Shown piece after piece: positions 9,159-19,370 of a stretch of DNA of 20,000 nucleotides. The number at the start of each line of letters is the position of its first letter. The first letter of the stretch is position 1. Source of the DNA: Chiloscyllium plagiosum (taxonomy: Eukaryota); NCBI RefSeq assembly GCF_004010195.1, contig NC_057760.1:2611176-2631175 (forward strand), given 5' to 3'. The position numbers were made by a program, and so were the translations under genes. The notes beneath the pieces were generated by a model that ran no database searches, was not told the DNA's origin, and saw only the letters and a list, made by a program, of their open reading frames with translations.

Positions 9159-9550
9159 AGAGAAGGGCTCATTACCCTATCAGTTGAAGCAGCTGCTACC
9201 ATATGCTTGATATTGTAAGCAAGTGTCTGTATAGGAGGGAAGCACTCTACCACACAAAGATTGTGGTTTCCTCCCACAAATAAGTGGTTTCCTTTTTATT
9301 GCTGTTTGTCATGGCACTTGATTTAAAGATGTCTTGTTTGAAAGATCAGCTGAGAACGAGAGGAGAGTAGGTAGACCCTATGCTGAAAGAATGTTGTACT
9401 GATGGCAAATCATCCTATAAAGCTCTCTGCTCTACTCTGTACACTGGTCCTGTTGTAAAGGAACAGAAATGAAATACTTCACATAGATGTAGTCAGAACT
9501 GACAAGTTAAAGGACCCTAGAATTAAATGTTTCAGTTTGAAGTATATAAC

Positions 9551-9645
9551 ATGAGACCTTTGTCCTGAAAAATTAATTTTGTTTCTTACTCTCTGGATGC
9601 AACCTGACCTGATGAGTATTTTCGGCATTTTCTATTTTCAGTTTA
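9551..9645 (+). mobile_element. Decayed Penelope-like element terminal-repeat remnant
   Basis: 'cctgaaaaattaattttgtttcttactctctggatgcaacctgacctgatgagtattttcggcattttct' matches a recalled shark motif (gaaacgttaactct...gatgctgcctgacctgctgagt) and the antisense copy at 18492-18615. Confidence 0.6.
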
Positions 9646-11479
9646 GCCGTCTGTTTTTTCCAAACAGTGGCTAGTTCTTTGCACATTCAGCAGTGAGTCA
9701 AACCCAAGCTTGCCTATATATTTTGGGTTAAGTTGCAATGATTGTCAAGTGGCAGTCGTGGTGATGGAAAATCTGAATTAAGTTAACCTTCTGAGTGTTA
9801 ATCCAATACTTGAACTAGCCATGACCATAGTATTCCAAGTTGGTGCTGGGTATTGACATATCTGGCTCATGAAATGTAACTTAGAGGGTAATCATGTCGG
9901 TCAGTGCTGGGATTCTGCTCCACTTGGCCATGTCTTCATAAGTAAAGTAGTCCCAGTCACACTTGGAACAGGAAACACAGTGGTGCTTTGTACCATATTG
10001 TTCCAATGCCAGCAGTGCCCTTGCCATTACTGATGGTGGATATTCCCAGATTTGACTGCCAAACTGTTCAGTCAAGCTGAACTTGTCTGGACTCAAGTGA
10101 GATGTGGCTTGAGACCTGATTTGTGTGTGTTGGCGGGGTGGAATTGAGTGAGCTCCCTGGGTACAGAAATCCTGTAAGTCTAAACTATTTAATAGTTTAG
10201 TTAAGGACTATTTAATGTGATGGTTTTTCTGTGCATCTCAGATACCTGGTGGATCAGAATTTTCTCACGCTTCAGGAGAAGCGTTTTGTGACAGAGGTAC
10301 AATATGGTGGAAAAGGTGGAACAACTTTGGGTTCTAATCTTGGTGCTCAACAGAATGAAGAAATTTCTACTGTTAAACATCCCACCATGAAAATAATTAA
10401 ATTTGTTCAGTGGTTCCTAAGACTCTAGCTATATTCAGCCCATTGTTAACACAGCTTGAATGTACATGCACTAAAGTTGTCTTGAATGGAGTCTTGTTCC
10501 CGTACTAGAAGGCTGATGTTTCTGCTGTGGCAAAACAAATGAAACTTAAGGGTGTTTTAAATTAAAATAATGTATTAAAATGTGTTAAAATACATGTATG
10601 CATGTCTCCTGACTTGGTTCCATTTCATAATATAACTACTCTGATTGGGGTGCATGAAAATTTGAATGCATAAATTTGCTGAGAGATTTAGAAGTCAGTT
10701 TGAACAAAATAACTGAAAGCAATGGGTCCTAATATATCCTTTCAAGCAGTATTTGATAGCACTGAGTGCTCATTATTTACGAGTTTTCTCATTCACATTG
10801 AGTAAAGTATGTATTTTTGGTACTCTATCTCTTGTGACTTTGTTTATTTCGCTTAAAATGCTGTATAAAGTCATAAAAATATTCTTCTTTAACAGATGGA
10901 AAGGGTAAATTTTCTATTTAAGCATATCACTTTATTTCTTATTTTGTAACTGGACCATGGCCCTTTTTGAAGTTTCCTATTCTGTGAAATATTTTGAGGT
11001 CCAGGAAAACATTTGTGTGAGATCGTTGAGAATGGAGACTTGCTGAAATCTTTAAGGTAATGGTGAGGAAACAGATCAGCCAAGTACATCCGTAAATACA
11101 GTATCAACAATTTTTATGAAGACTGGGGATTTTTCTGATCTTCCATCATAACACTCTCTTTCAAGTGACTGACAGAATACTGGAGAAATAATTTCTCATT
11201 TTCGTAGCAGCACAACCCTGGGTCTAATATCTGTGGACCTGAGAGGAATTATGATGTCAAGCACGCTCAGTGAATGGAAGAGTTGTTGACATAGTCTTGA
11301 ACAATTGAAATGCTTAACAGTTGGTAGATGCTTATCTTGTTGGCAGAATATCATAAGGCACACAATATGAGATTTCTCTTTCCTTTAGAGTGTAGGGACT
11401 GTTGTGTCAGCAATTAGCCATGTTTAGTAAATGAACTGGAATTCTTTCAAATAGAAACAGAATGTAGTTGATTGTGGAC

Positions 11480-11740
11480 CATATCAGGGGATTTCTGAAA
11501 ATTACTGGTAAAGTTCTTGACCAAAAAGATAATTTGTGAAGATTACCTTAAAGGTTGGACAATGGATGTACTTCCTAGCTTTTTTATGCTTACTTAGCAA
11601 TTTCCCATGTCAAAGGTTGATCTGGTAGCTCAAATCAGTTCTTGGAAGCTTAGCTTTTGATCGGCTGGATGTTGAAAGTTGAGGGGAATACAGAAGAGTT
11701 AATGTTAAAGGTTATTTTAAATGTGAAGGTGAGGATTTGA
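11480..11740 (+). mobile_element. Very old CR1 RT-domain remnant
   Basis: Correctly ordered traces: 'caggggatttctgaaa' (Q-GFLK), 'cttgaccaa', 'atggatgta', 'cccatgtcaaaggttgat' and 'gaagagttaatgttaaaggttatttt'. Heavily diverged. Confidence 0.4.
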
Positions 11741-12409
11741 TGGCCAAATACAATGTGATGTTTTGCTTCAATATGGTGCCTTTTACAGTAGAACGTATTC
11801 AGGGCAGGACGAAAGAAGGGTGATTCAGACACCAACTGAGCAGTTGGTCAGCAATTTTGTGGAAATGACCAAAGAAGCAGTTGTTCTTTTTATAAAGGCC
11901 ATATGGAAGTGCAAAGAAATACAGTTAACGTTGACGGTTTAACATAGAAAACAACAGACTACATGGCCGTGATGCTTAAAGGCTCCACCACGCTAGGTAG
12001 AGTGAAGGGTGGATTAGATGTTTGTTGTCTTTTAAGGCAGGTGGACTTCTCTGGCAAACACAGCATTTGTTGTTCATCCTTATTACTCGTGAAAAAGTGG
12101 TGAAAATTTGCCTTTGTGAATGAATGAGTGCAGACTTTGGGTGGAGACACCCACAGTTCCAGAATTTTGAAGAAAAGGCAGCATATTTCCAAGCTAGGGT
12201 AGTGTGTGACATTGGGAGAGGTGTGGATATCAGTGAGGCAAAAATGAAATTTGGGACTAGGATCCACCATCTGAGCAACTTGATGCAGTGGTATCCCATT
12301 GATTTTTTTTTTTCCCCTGGTTCCCATTAATGTCAGATTTTAAAAACAACTAATTTCCTTTGTGCTCGGTATGACTCCAAACATCAAATGTGTTTTCCTT
12401 GATAACTTT

Positions 12410-12860
12410 TGACTAATTGTGCTAAGGTTCCTTGATAGATGCTGTACTTCATCAAATGTACCTTGATGTTGAGGGCAGTTACTCCTCCCTTGAACTTAGC
12501 TTTTTTTTAAGTTTCTGTTTGACCCAGAACTGTAATGAGGTCAGAAGCAGAACCCAAAAGGAGCATCTGTGAGCAGGATATTACTATGAAACTTAATAGG
12601 ATTGTCAACAACACCTTCCAATTTTAATCAGAGATCTTAAGGAGACTGATAGGGCAGTAATTGGCGTGGTTGGATTTGTTCTGCTTTTTGTATAGAGGAT
12701 GTACTGGGCAATTTCCCACATTATTGGATAGGTGCCAGTTTGTAGCTTTGCTGGAACAGCTTTCCAAGGGGTTTGGATATTTCCAAAGCACAAATCTTTC
12801 GTACTGCTATTGGGATACTGCCCAGGCCTGTAGCCTTTGCTGTGTACAGTGTCTTCAACT
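12410..12860 (-). mobile_element. Family C LINE, RT N-terminal region, antisense
   Basis: ORF 12605-12949 contains TGTYPIMWEIAQ. The minus strand reads 'aagcagaacaaatccaaccacgccaattactgccctatcagtctc' (KQNKSNHANYCPISL, the NYRPISL motif). Frameshifted. Confidence 0.85.
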
Positions 12861-13728
12861 CTAGCTGGACACCTCAAAGTCCAGATATTAAGAGTGGCCA
12901 CTTTTAGAACTGGGGTGTTGGGCTGGAGGAGTTTATGGAAGTGAAGCATGGAGGATGAATAATTTTAAACGGCTGAACTGGTGAAGGGGATGCCCCCAGT
13001 TCACATCCCAGGACAACATGATCTATCTGTTTTCTATAGGATAAGTTCTGAGTTACACATCAGTTGCATTTGGAAATGTAATTGGGGAAATGCAATTTGC
13101 AGAACAGAAATAGGAAGGTAGAGATGAGACTAAGTGAGCTTAGTGCTTAGTTGTTCCACTTTTAAGTAAAATCGATGTTTGTTATTTAGTGTTAATCAGA
13201 GTGTAACGAGTGAAGGTATTCCTAATGTTGAAGTACTGTGCTGTGCATCTTTTATCATCAGTTTGTGAGCTGAATGAGACTGGGCTACCCAGAAAGGTGA
13301 GCATTTCTTTGAAGATGAAGGGGATTATGAACTGTCTGAATGATCAAATGTCAAATGTTGTTTTTACAGTGTTGCTTTTCCTGAAGGGTTTGTTTCTATT
13401 TTTACATTGTTCACTTCGGACTCAAAAAATGTTTCTGTTGGAATCTGTGTGTGCCTGTAGTTTTTCCTCCATTTCGTGCTGATGCTGTTATAGAGCAAGT
13501 CCAAGCTGTTGCCACCATTTCAGTGCCTTCTTCCTCTTTCAATGAGAGATAAAGAATATTCTTTAATTAGATGATGGTTCCTTGGGCAGAGTACCTGTGA
13601 TGGAGTGTGTCGGCTATCAAATGGCCTTTTTGTACCCTGAGCTCTGTTTAACAGTCGTAAGCAGGAGGACAAATAAGACATGGCTGCTACAGGACAGATG
13701 GTTAGTGCAGGCGGCAGCAATATTACAG

Positions 13729-13738
13729 CTATTTTTAG
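13729..13738. promoter_or_regulatory. Consensus MEF2 site CTATTTTTAG with a nearby E-box (CAGATG, 13695-13700)
   Basis: Exact YTA(A/T)4TAR match in non-repetitive sequence. Function untested. Confidence 0.3.
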
Positions 13739-14054
13739 CATCCCTGCTTCCACGTCTAAATTATTATTGATGCTGGAAGACAATAGTAACACAGCACAGG
13801 AGAATTTCAGATGCTTGTTATTATTCTGACCTTTTTTAAATGTGTTTGTGAAAAGACTTTTGAAACTGATTCTGTCTGTCAAATTTTCACAATACCAGTA
13901 TGAGCATTTTTTTCCATTGTGTTTTTTATTGTAAAGCAGTGCACCACACTCTCCAGTATTGACCATTTGGAATGCCCTTGCTCAAACAAACCTTTACTTT
14001 GATATTTTAATAGGAAAATATTTTGGGGAAGGACTTTTGGAAAATGCATTACAA

Positions 14055-14540
14055 ATCAGGAATACAACATAGAAGGGATTATTTGGCCCGCTTGAATCTG
14101 CCAGCTCTTTGTCAGGGCCATCCAATTAACCCCCTCCCCCCACCCCACTCCATAATTCTTCCCCATCACAAAAATGTTCCCCGTCAAAATTTATCCACTT
14201 CCTTTTTGAAAGTTGTTATTCAATTTGCCCTTACAAGTAATACGTTGGATTTTATCACAAATTGCTGCATTAGTTTATAACTTTGCTAATGTAACTTCTG
14301 ATCTTTTTGTTAATCACCCTGCTTCTTTACCTCAAATTACTGACCCTTATACCTGTATAAATAGTTCCTCCTTCGATCAACTTTTAAAACCTTTCATAAT
14401 GTTGAACTCCTTTACCAGATCTTCTCTAACCTTTTTTGCTGTTTGAAGGCAAAGCCAAGTTACTCCAGTCTCTCCATATCCCTGAATTCCTGTATTCCTG
14501 ACAGCGTGCTAATCACTTTTATGTTGAACATTCACAAATG
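14055..14540 (-). mobile_element. Old CR1 LINE 3' region, antisense
   Basis: 'aaaacctttcataatgttgaactcctttaccagatcttctctaacctt' parallels 'atgcccctcatgattttgtaaatctctataaggtcacccctcagcct' at 19710-19756. 'ctccagtctctcc' follows in the same order. Confidence 0.65.
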
Positions 14541-16327
14541 TAACTTACCTTGGAAAAACTCTAACAAAGGTTGTTGGACAATGCAAAATATTTGTTTCTC
14601 GCTGAATACCATTACAATTCTGACATGTACTATCATAAACTTGCCAAACTTTTAAGTTGTCAACTTGTATTTGAAACCTTTCCCCTAGAAATAGCTATGA
14701 CTGTAATTCTGCCTCTTCCCTCTATTTCCATGTCAGTCTTGAAATTTGGTTTTCATGGACAGTATTGGTATTCATTTTGTAGCTGCAGAAATTTTGAACA
14801 CTTCAGTTGCATTGTCAGCTTTTGAACCATTCATAGAATGCACCAGATTCTTTACCCTTTCAGAAGACAGTAGAATCAATGCAATCTGAAATCTTCTCTT
14901 TCCACATGACCTGTCCTTTTCAGTTCAATTTTCCTGCTTCCTCAATATTTTCCATGTGAAGTTTGTGTGACTGCTCCATCAGTGGCTTGTGTTACGTTAC
15001 TTCTTGACTGTGCTCTGAGCAAAGAAACATTTTTGACTCCAAATTTGGGTTAGAAATAGATGAAAATAGCAAACCCTTTCTTAGTTGCTATCTAAAGATT
15101 TTGTTGGAGGTACACATGGTCATTATTGTGTCAGAGCAGAATCAGGCTCCACCACTGTGGGACAGGCTGCTGATGGCACCTGTCAAAATGCACGTGTACA
15201 TCATAGTCCATTCAGATCCTGGAGGGTTACCAGCACAGGGAACTATGTCCTGCATGCACTGAGGTGGGAAAATTGGCAAGTGGTCATCAAAAGACTCAGT
15301 ATTATTTCTTAGCCTGTGGAAGTTTCCATTGAGAGGACTGTATGAAGTCATATAACTTTAACCCTGTTTTTATTATTAATTTGAGGTGTTTGATGTTTTT
15401 CTTGTCCAAGCAATGCTCCAGAATTGCTCAAGCTGCATCAATGCTTTGCAGCCCAATTTGCTTCGTATATCCCACTGTTTTATTTATTGCAGTTCGCAGT
15501 CGTCATTAAATACTGGAGCTTTAGCAAAATTTTTTGTTTAAACTCAATTAGTTTTTGAAATGCTAAGATGAAAAATTAACATCTTGGAAATGTTACTCAG
15601 TTCAGACTGCAGCCTGTCAACATGATGTCATTGCCTTCCTCAGGGAAGAGATTTTCAAACAAAATCAGTACAGGTTCTGCATTTCAGCATCATCTCTCTA
15701 GTCTTAGCGGGTAGGACTAAGCAACAATGGGAGGAGCCTCAAATGCTGAGAAATCAATCTACCACAGTATATGGAAAAAGATTTTGAAGCATCTTTCATC
15801 TGTGACTTTTCTGACTTTCATCAGTATTTCAACAGTAATCTTTATCTGACAACCATAAGAAAATGTGGCTATAATTCCTTTGTTGAATTGCGGTGCGTTA
15901 GCTGAAGTGTTTACTATGCTATTCGAGAGAAGAGCTCATTTTAGGACGAGCTGCCATCTCTGATGCTGTGATTGTGCTAAAACAGAACATTAAGACTCCT
16001 TGGCTCCACAACATAGCAATTGACATAAATTATTCATGAATAAAGCCAGTGTAGAACAAACCTATTGCACTCAATGCTCTAAACATTGCGAATAGCTTTT
16101 TTTTATAAAACAGCTGTTCAGTTTAAAGTGGTACTTTCTTTGCGCTTGAAACTTTCAGCAAAATATAGTTTAAAAGGACATTATACTGATAGGATCATAA
16201 ATGTTACATGGTTGATGTCTGTTTCAGTAGCTAGGTTTATAAAATAAGTTATTGATCTAGAACCAAGGTCTCATCAATACTGAGTGTTTGATGCCCATTG
16301 TTTTTTGTTTGAGAGAGATATTGGTCA

Positions 16328-16627
16328 GGGCCGCATAGTGGCTCAGGGACTAGGGTTTGATTCCAGCCTCAGGCGACTGTCTGTGTGGAGTTTGCACATT
16401 ATCCCGTATCTGCATGGGTTTCCTCTGGCCGCTTCAGTCAGTTCCCGCAGTCTAAAAATGTGCAAGTTAGGTGAATTAGCCATGCAAAGTTGCCCACAGT
16501 GTTCAGGGATGTGTAGGTTAGGTGCATAAGTCAGGGGAAATGTAAAGTAATAGTGTGAGGGGAATGGGTCTGGGTGGATCTCTTCGGAGGGTCGGTGTGG
16601 ACTTGTTGGGTTGAATGACCTATAATT
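16328..16627 (+). mobile_element. HE1/V-SINE-type SINE with a deletion in the tRNA head
   Basis: 'gtggctcag' is joined directly to 'ggac...ggtttgattcc'. Core identical to 2317-2343. Tail 'ttcggagggtcggtgtggacttgttggg'. Confidence 0.92.
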
Positions 16628-16849
16628 CAATGGATGCCTGTGATAGCAGGGTCATATTTAGCATGTTGACTGTAGCTTTCCTCATTTGTTGAAAATGTTT
16701 GCTATTATTGAGAGGTCAGCTGGGTTCCTTTGGTAAGTTGGGAGGGATTCATTCTCATTTAGTGTAGGTGAGCGATCTGAGTGCAACTTTGACTTGTGCA
16801 ACAATTGGAATGTCTTCACGTTGTGGCTACAGAAGCTGTAGGAAAGTGT

Positions 16850-17095
16850 CTGTGGGATGCACCGCACCAAGGTTACTTCAACAGTATCCTCCCTCCCTCT
16901 CTCGGTCCTGTGTCCTGAAGCATTATCACTTCCCTTCCAAAACTGGTACAGTTCTAATTTTTAGGCAATTATCAATATTCATTTGTCCCATTGTCAGCAT
17001 CCTGAAACTCCCTACTGAATGCCATTGTGCTGTATCCCACCAACTCCAGTGGAAACAGGGATAAAGTACAGTCAGGAATGGACAAAAAAAAGTTT
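16850..17095 (+). mobile_element. Old, diverged relative of the family C LINE 3' region
   Basis: 'gatgcaccgcaccaaggttacttcaacag' (compare 19084-19100), 'atcctgaaactcccta...gccattgtg' and 'aggaatggacaaaaaa'. Confidence 0.45.
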
Positions 17096-17296
17096 TCACA
17101 GCATCTCCCATATTTGAAGATTAATTTAAAAAATTTATAATTTAGACATTTTGCTTAAGTATTTAAACACTTAAATAATTGGTAATCTAGCAAAGAAACT
17201 CTAATTATACATTAAGTGCATATTCAGGTCTAAGAATGGAGCTTTGTAGTGAATTGAAGGAATGAGCAAGTTGTGTCCCTTTCATAACATGACTTG

Positions 17297-17309
17297 AGGT
17301 CAAAGGTCT
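17297..17309 (+). promoter_or_regulatory. Near-consensus DR1 nuclear receptor element AGGTCAAAGGTCT
   Basis: 12/13 match to AGGTCA-A-AGGTCA. Function untested. Confidence 0.3.
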
Positions 17310-17477
17310 GGCCTTCAGCCTTGCAATTATAGAAGTAAAAACACTAGGTTTCAACCAGCCATCGTAGAATTAGTTTTGCTACGCGCTCCTACCCACTTTT
17401 TCCCATTTTCATTTGGAGGATGCAACTGACTTTCAGAACATAGTGAAGCAGAAGTTGAAAAGGCAGGTGTTGTTAAC

Positions 17478-17737
17478 ATATGAGGAACTCTGGGTCTAAA
17501 CTGAGTTTAGAAGGATTGCGGTGGGGGGGAGGAGGTTTAATTGAAACTTGCAGAATACAGAATGACCTGGACAGAGTGGATGTTGGAAAGGTGTTTGCAT
17601 TAGCAGGAGAGACTAGGACACGAGACTGGGACTAGAGCCATAGATTAAAGGGAAGACCTTTTAGAACGGAGATAAGGCGAAACCTCTTCAGCCAGAGAGT
17701 GTTGAATCTGTGGAATTCACAGCCATGGAAAGCCAGG
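17478..17737 (+). mobile_element. CR1 LINE 3' ORF2 fragment
   Basis: 'ctggacagagtggatgttggaaaggtgtttgcattagcaggagagactaggac' and 'ttcagccagagagtgttgaatctgtggaattca' (FSQRVLNLWNS). Confidence 0.8.
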
Positions 17738-17769
17738 TCTCTCTGTCTCTCTCTCACTCACTCACTCTC
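17738..17769. repeat. Short compound (TC)n/(TCAC)n microsatellite
   Basis: tctctctgtctctctctcactcactcactctc, lying between a CR1 fragment and a SINE. Confidence 0.85.
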
Positions 17770-17918
17770 GTGGGAGGAAACTGGAGTACCCAGAGGTAAC
17801 CCACGCAGACATGAGGAGAATGTGCAAACTGCACACACCAGTCATCTGAGGTGGGAATCAAACCTGGGTCCCTGATGCTGTGAGGCTGCAGTGCTAACCA
17901 CTGAGCCACCGTGCTACC
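17770..17918 (-). mobile_element. HE1/V-SINE-type SINE, 5' half with A and B boxes at full spacing
   Basis: Minus strand: A box TGGCTCAGTGG (17908-17898), B-box-like GGTTTGATTCC (17864-17854), then 'gtttgcacattctcc...gtttcctcccac'. Confidence 0.92.
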
Positions 17919-18491
17919 ATATTCCTCAGCAGTACTTGCTCAGATAGGATGGAAAGCACGCAGTTTTAAGGCCATCTGGAGAGGTTTCTTTGGGTCATTT
18001 TGGTGAAATTTCCCCAATCCAGCAGGTTGTCAAAATCTTTATGTATTGTGGTGAAAGCAAAATGGTCATCCTCCAGTGCTGTAGCAGCTTCAAATGCAGC
18101 CTTTCTGCTACTTTCTGTCAATGTTTTAAGAGAATTTTTTCATTTCTCTGTTTTGCTGTTTATATAGACTTGAATGTATATTCAGAGGGTGAGCTAAATA
18201 TGATCCTGCTTGATATTTTTACAATAATTGTTTACAATGTTACCTTTTTGATTTTTATTTTACTTGCTATCTGAACCACCAGAATTCATCGTTCCATCTT
18301 CGTCTAACCCATGAATGTATTGTTTGCTTTTTTCTCATCCGATTGCTTGACTTTCTGCTAAATACATCTATTCTGTTCATCTCAACCAATCCTTACTGTG
18401 GTGATGCAGCAGGATCAACAGGATTCAATCAAAATTAATTTACCTACTAGTTGCATAGTTTACAACAGACGTCTTGAGGATTGTCCATTGT

Positions 18492-18615
18492 AAAGGCAAA
18501 GGACTGTGGAACCTAGAGATCTGAAATAAAAGCAGAAAGTACGAGAGTAATCAGGTTGGCAGAATCTGCAGAGAGAGAAAGAGTTAAGGATTCAAGTCCA
18601 TTATAACTCTTCGCT
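18492..18615 (-). mobile_element. Decayed Penelope-like element terminal-repeat remnant
   Basis: 'agagatctgaaataaaagcagaaagt...caggttggcagaatctgcagagagagaaagagttaa' is the antisense counterpart of 9551-9645. Confidence 0.65.
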
Positions 18616-18827
18616 CAATACTCTAACTCGATTCTAGCTATTGTTAACATGGAAAATTTCAAGACTGGAAGTAAAGTTTAGTGCTATATAATATATTTTC
18701 TTGAGGGTTTACAGACTCATGCCAATAATTTCCACAAATCTTCTAAAATTCAGAAAATGAAACTTGTATTTGGTTGAATTTTCATGGTTACAGTTGTGCC
18801 GAGTTCTGTGCTGTAGTATCACTATTA

Positions 18828-18990
18828 CAGAGAGATTGGAGAAGCTCCTGAGAAAAGAAGACATTTGAGGAGTTTTGATAGAAGTGTTCAAGATAATGTG
18901 GGATCAGGACAGTCGACACCGATACTAAGGTGATTGCCAAAAGAAGAAACGACATCAAGGGAAACTTTGCAACCAGCGAATTGTAACCTC
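18828..18990 (+). mobile_element. Old CR1 3' ORF2 fragment
   Basis: 'gagagattggagaagct' (ERLEKL), 'ttgatagaagtgttcaagataatg' (LIEVFKIM) and 'aaggtgattgccaaaaga'. Confidence 0.65.
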
Positions 18991-18994
18991 TCGT

Positions 18995-19368
18995 TGCTCA
19001 TCCACCACCTAAAAACTCTCTCCACTTCTGACGCACAGTGGTAGCAGTGTATACCATCTGCAAGTTGCTTGATAGTAACTCGCCCAAGATCCTTCAACAG
19101 CATCATCCAAACCCACAAACTCGACCTCCTAAATGGAAAAGGGTAGCAAATGTATGGGCGCACCACCCCGTTCAAGTAGCACACCACCCGGACTTGGAAC
19201 TGTCTTGCAGTCATACAGTGTATTTAAGATGCTGGAATGCCCCCTCCAGCAGCCTCTGAACATCCTTAGATGATATGGACTGTAGCAGTTCAAGAACGCA
19301 GCTCACCACCACCTCAGCAGCAATTAGGGATGGGCAGTAAAAGCTGACATAACTATTGACCATGATAT
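18995..19368 (+). mobile_element. Family C LINE 3' end, interrupted in its tail by a CR1
   Basis: ORF 19038-19259 VAVYTICK...NSPKILQQHHPNP...HHPDLEL, then tail 'gcaattagggatgggcagtaaaagctg'. Colinear with 8790-9120. Confidence 0.85.
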
Positions 19369-19370
19369 CT

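Noticed and set aside
9668..9692. 25 nt exon (aaacag|...CA|gtgagt)
   Set aside because: Not frame-preserving, the upstream pyrimidine context derives largely from a repeat remnant, and no peptide is recognisable.
11831..11848. Inverted E-box pair accaactg-ag-cagttggt
   Set aside because: An 8 bp arm with a free spacer is within chance expectation, and there is no supporting context.
12964..13009. Slippery TTTAAAC followed by a pseudoknot-like pair of stems (-1 frameshift signal)
   Set aside because: There is an in-frame TGA at 12956-12958 just upstream, the spacer is only 3 nt, loop 3 has zero length, and there is no coding context.
16030..16043. 14 bp palindrome ttattcatgaataa
   Set aside because: About one such 7 bp-arm palindrome is expected by chance in 20 kb of AT-rich DNA.
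17854..17918. tRNA gene
   Set aside because: The A and B boxes belong to a SINE head and run into the HE1 core. No complete cloverleaf is evident.
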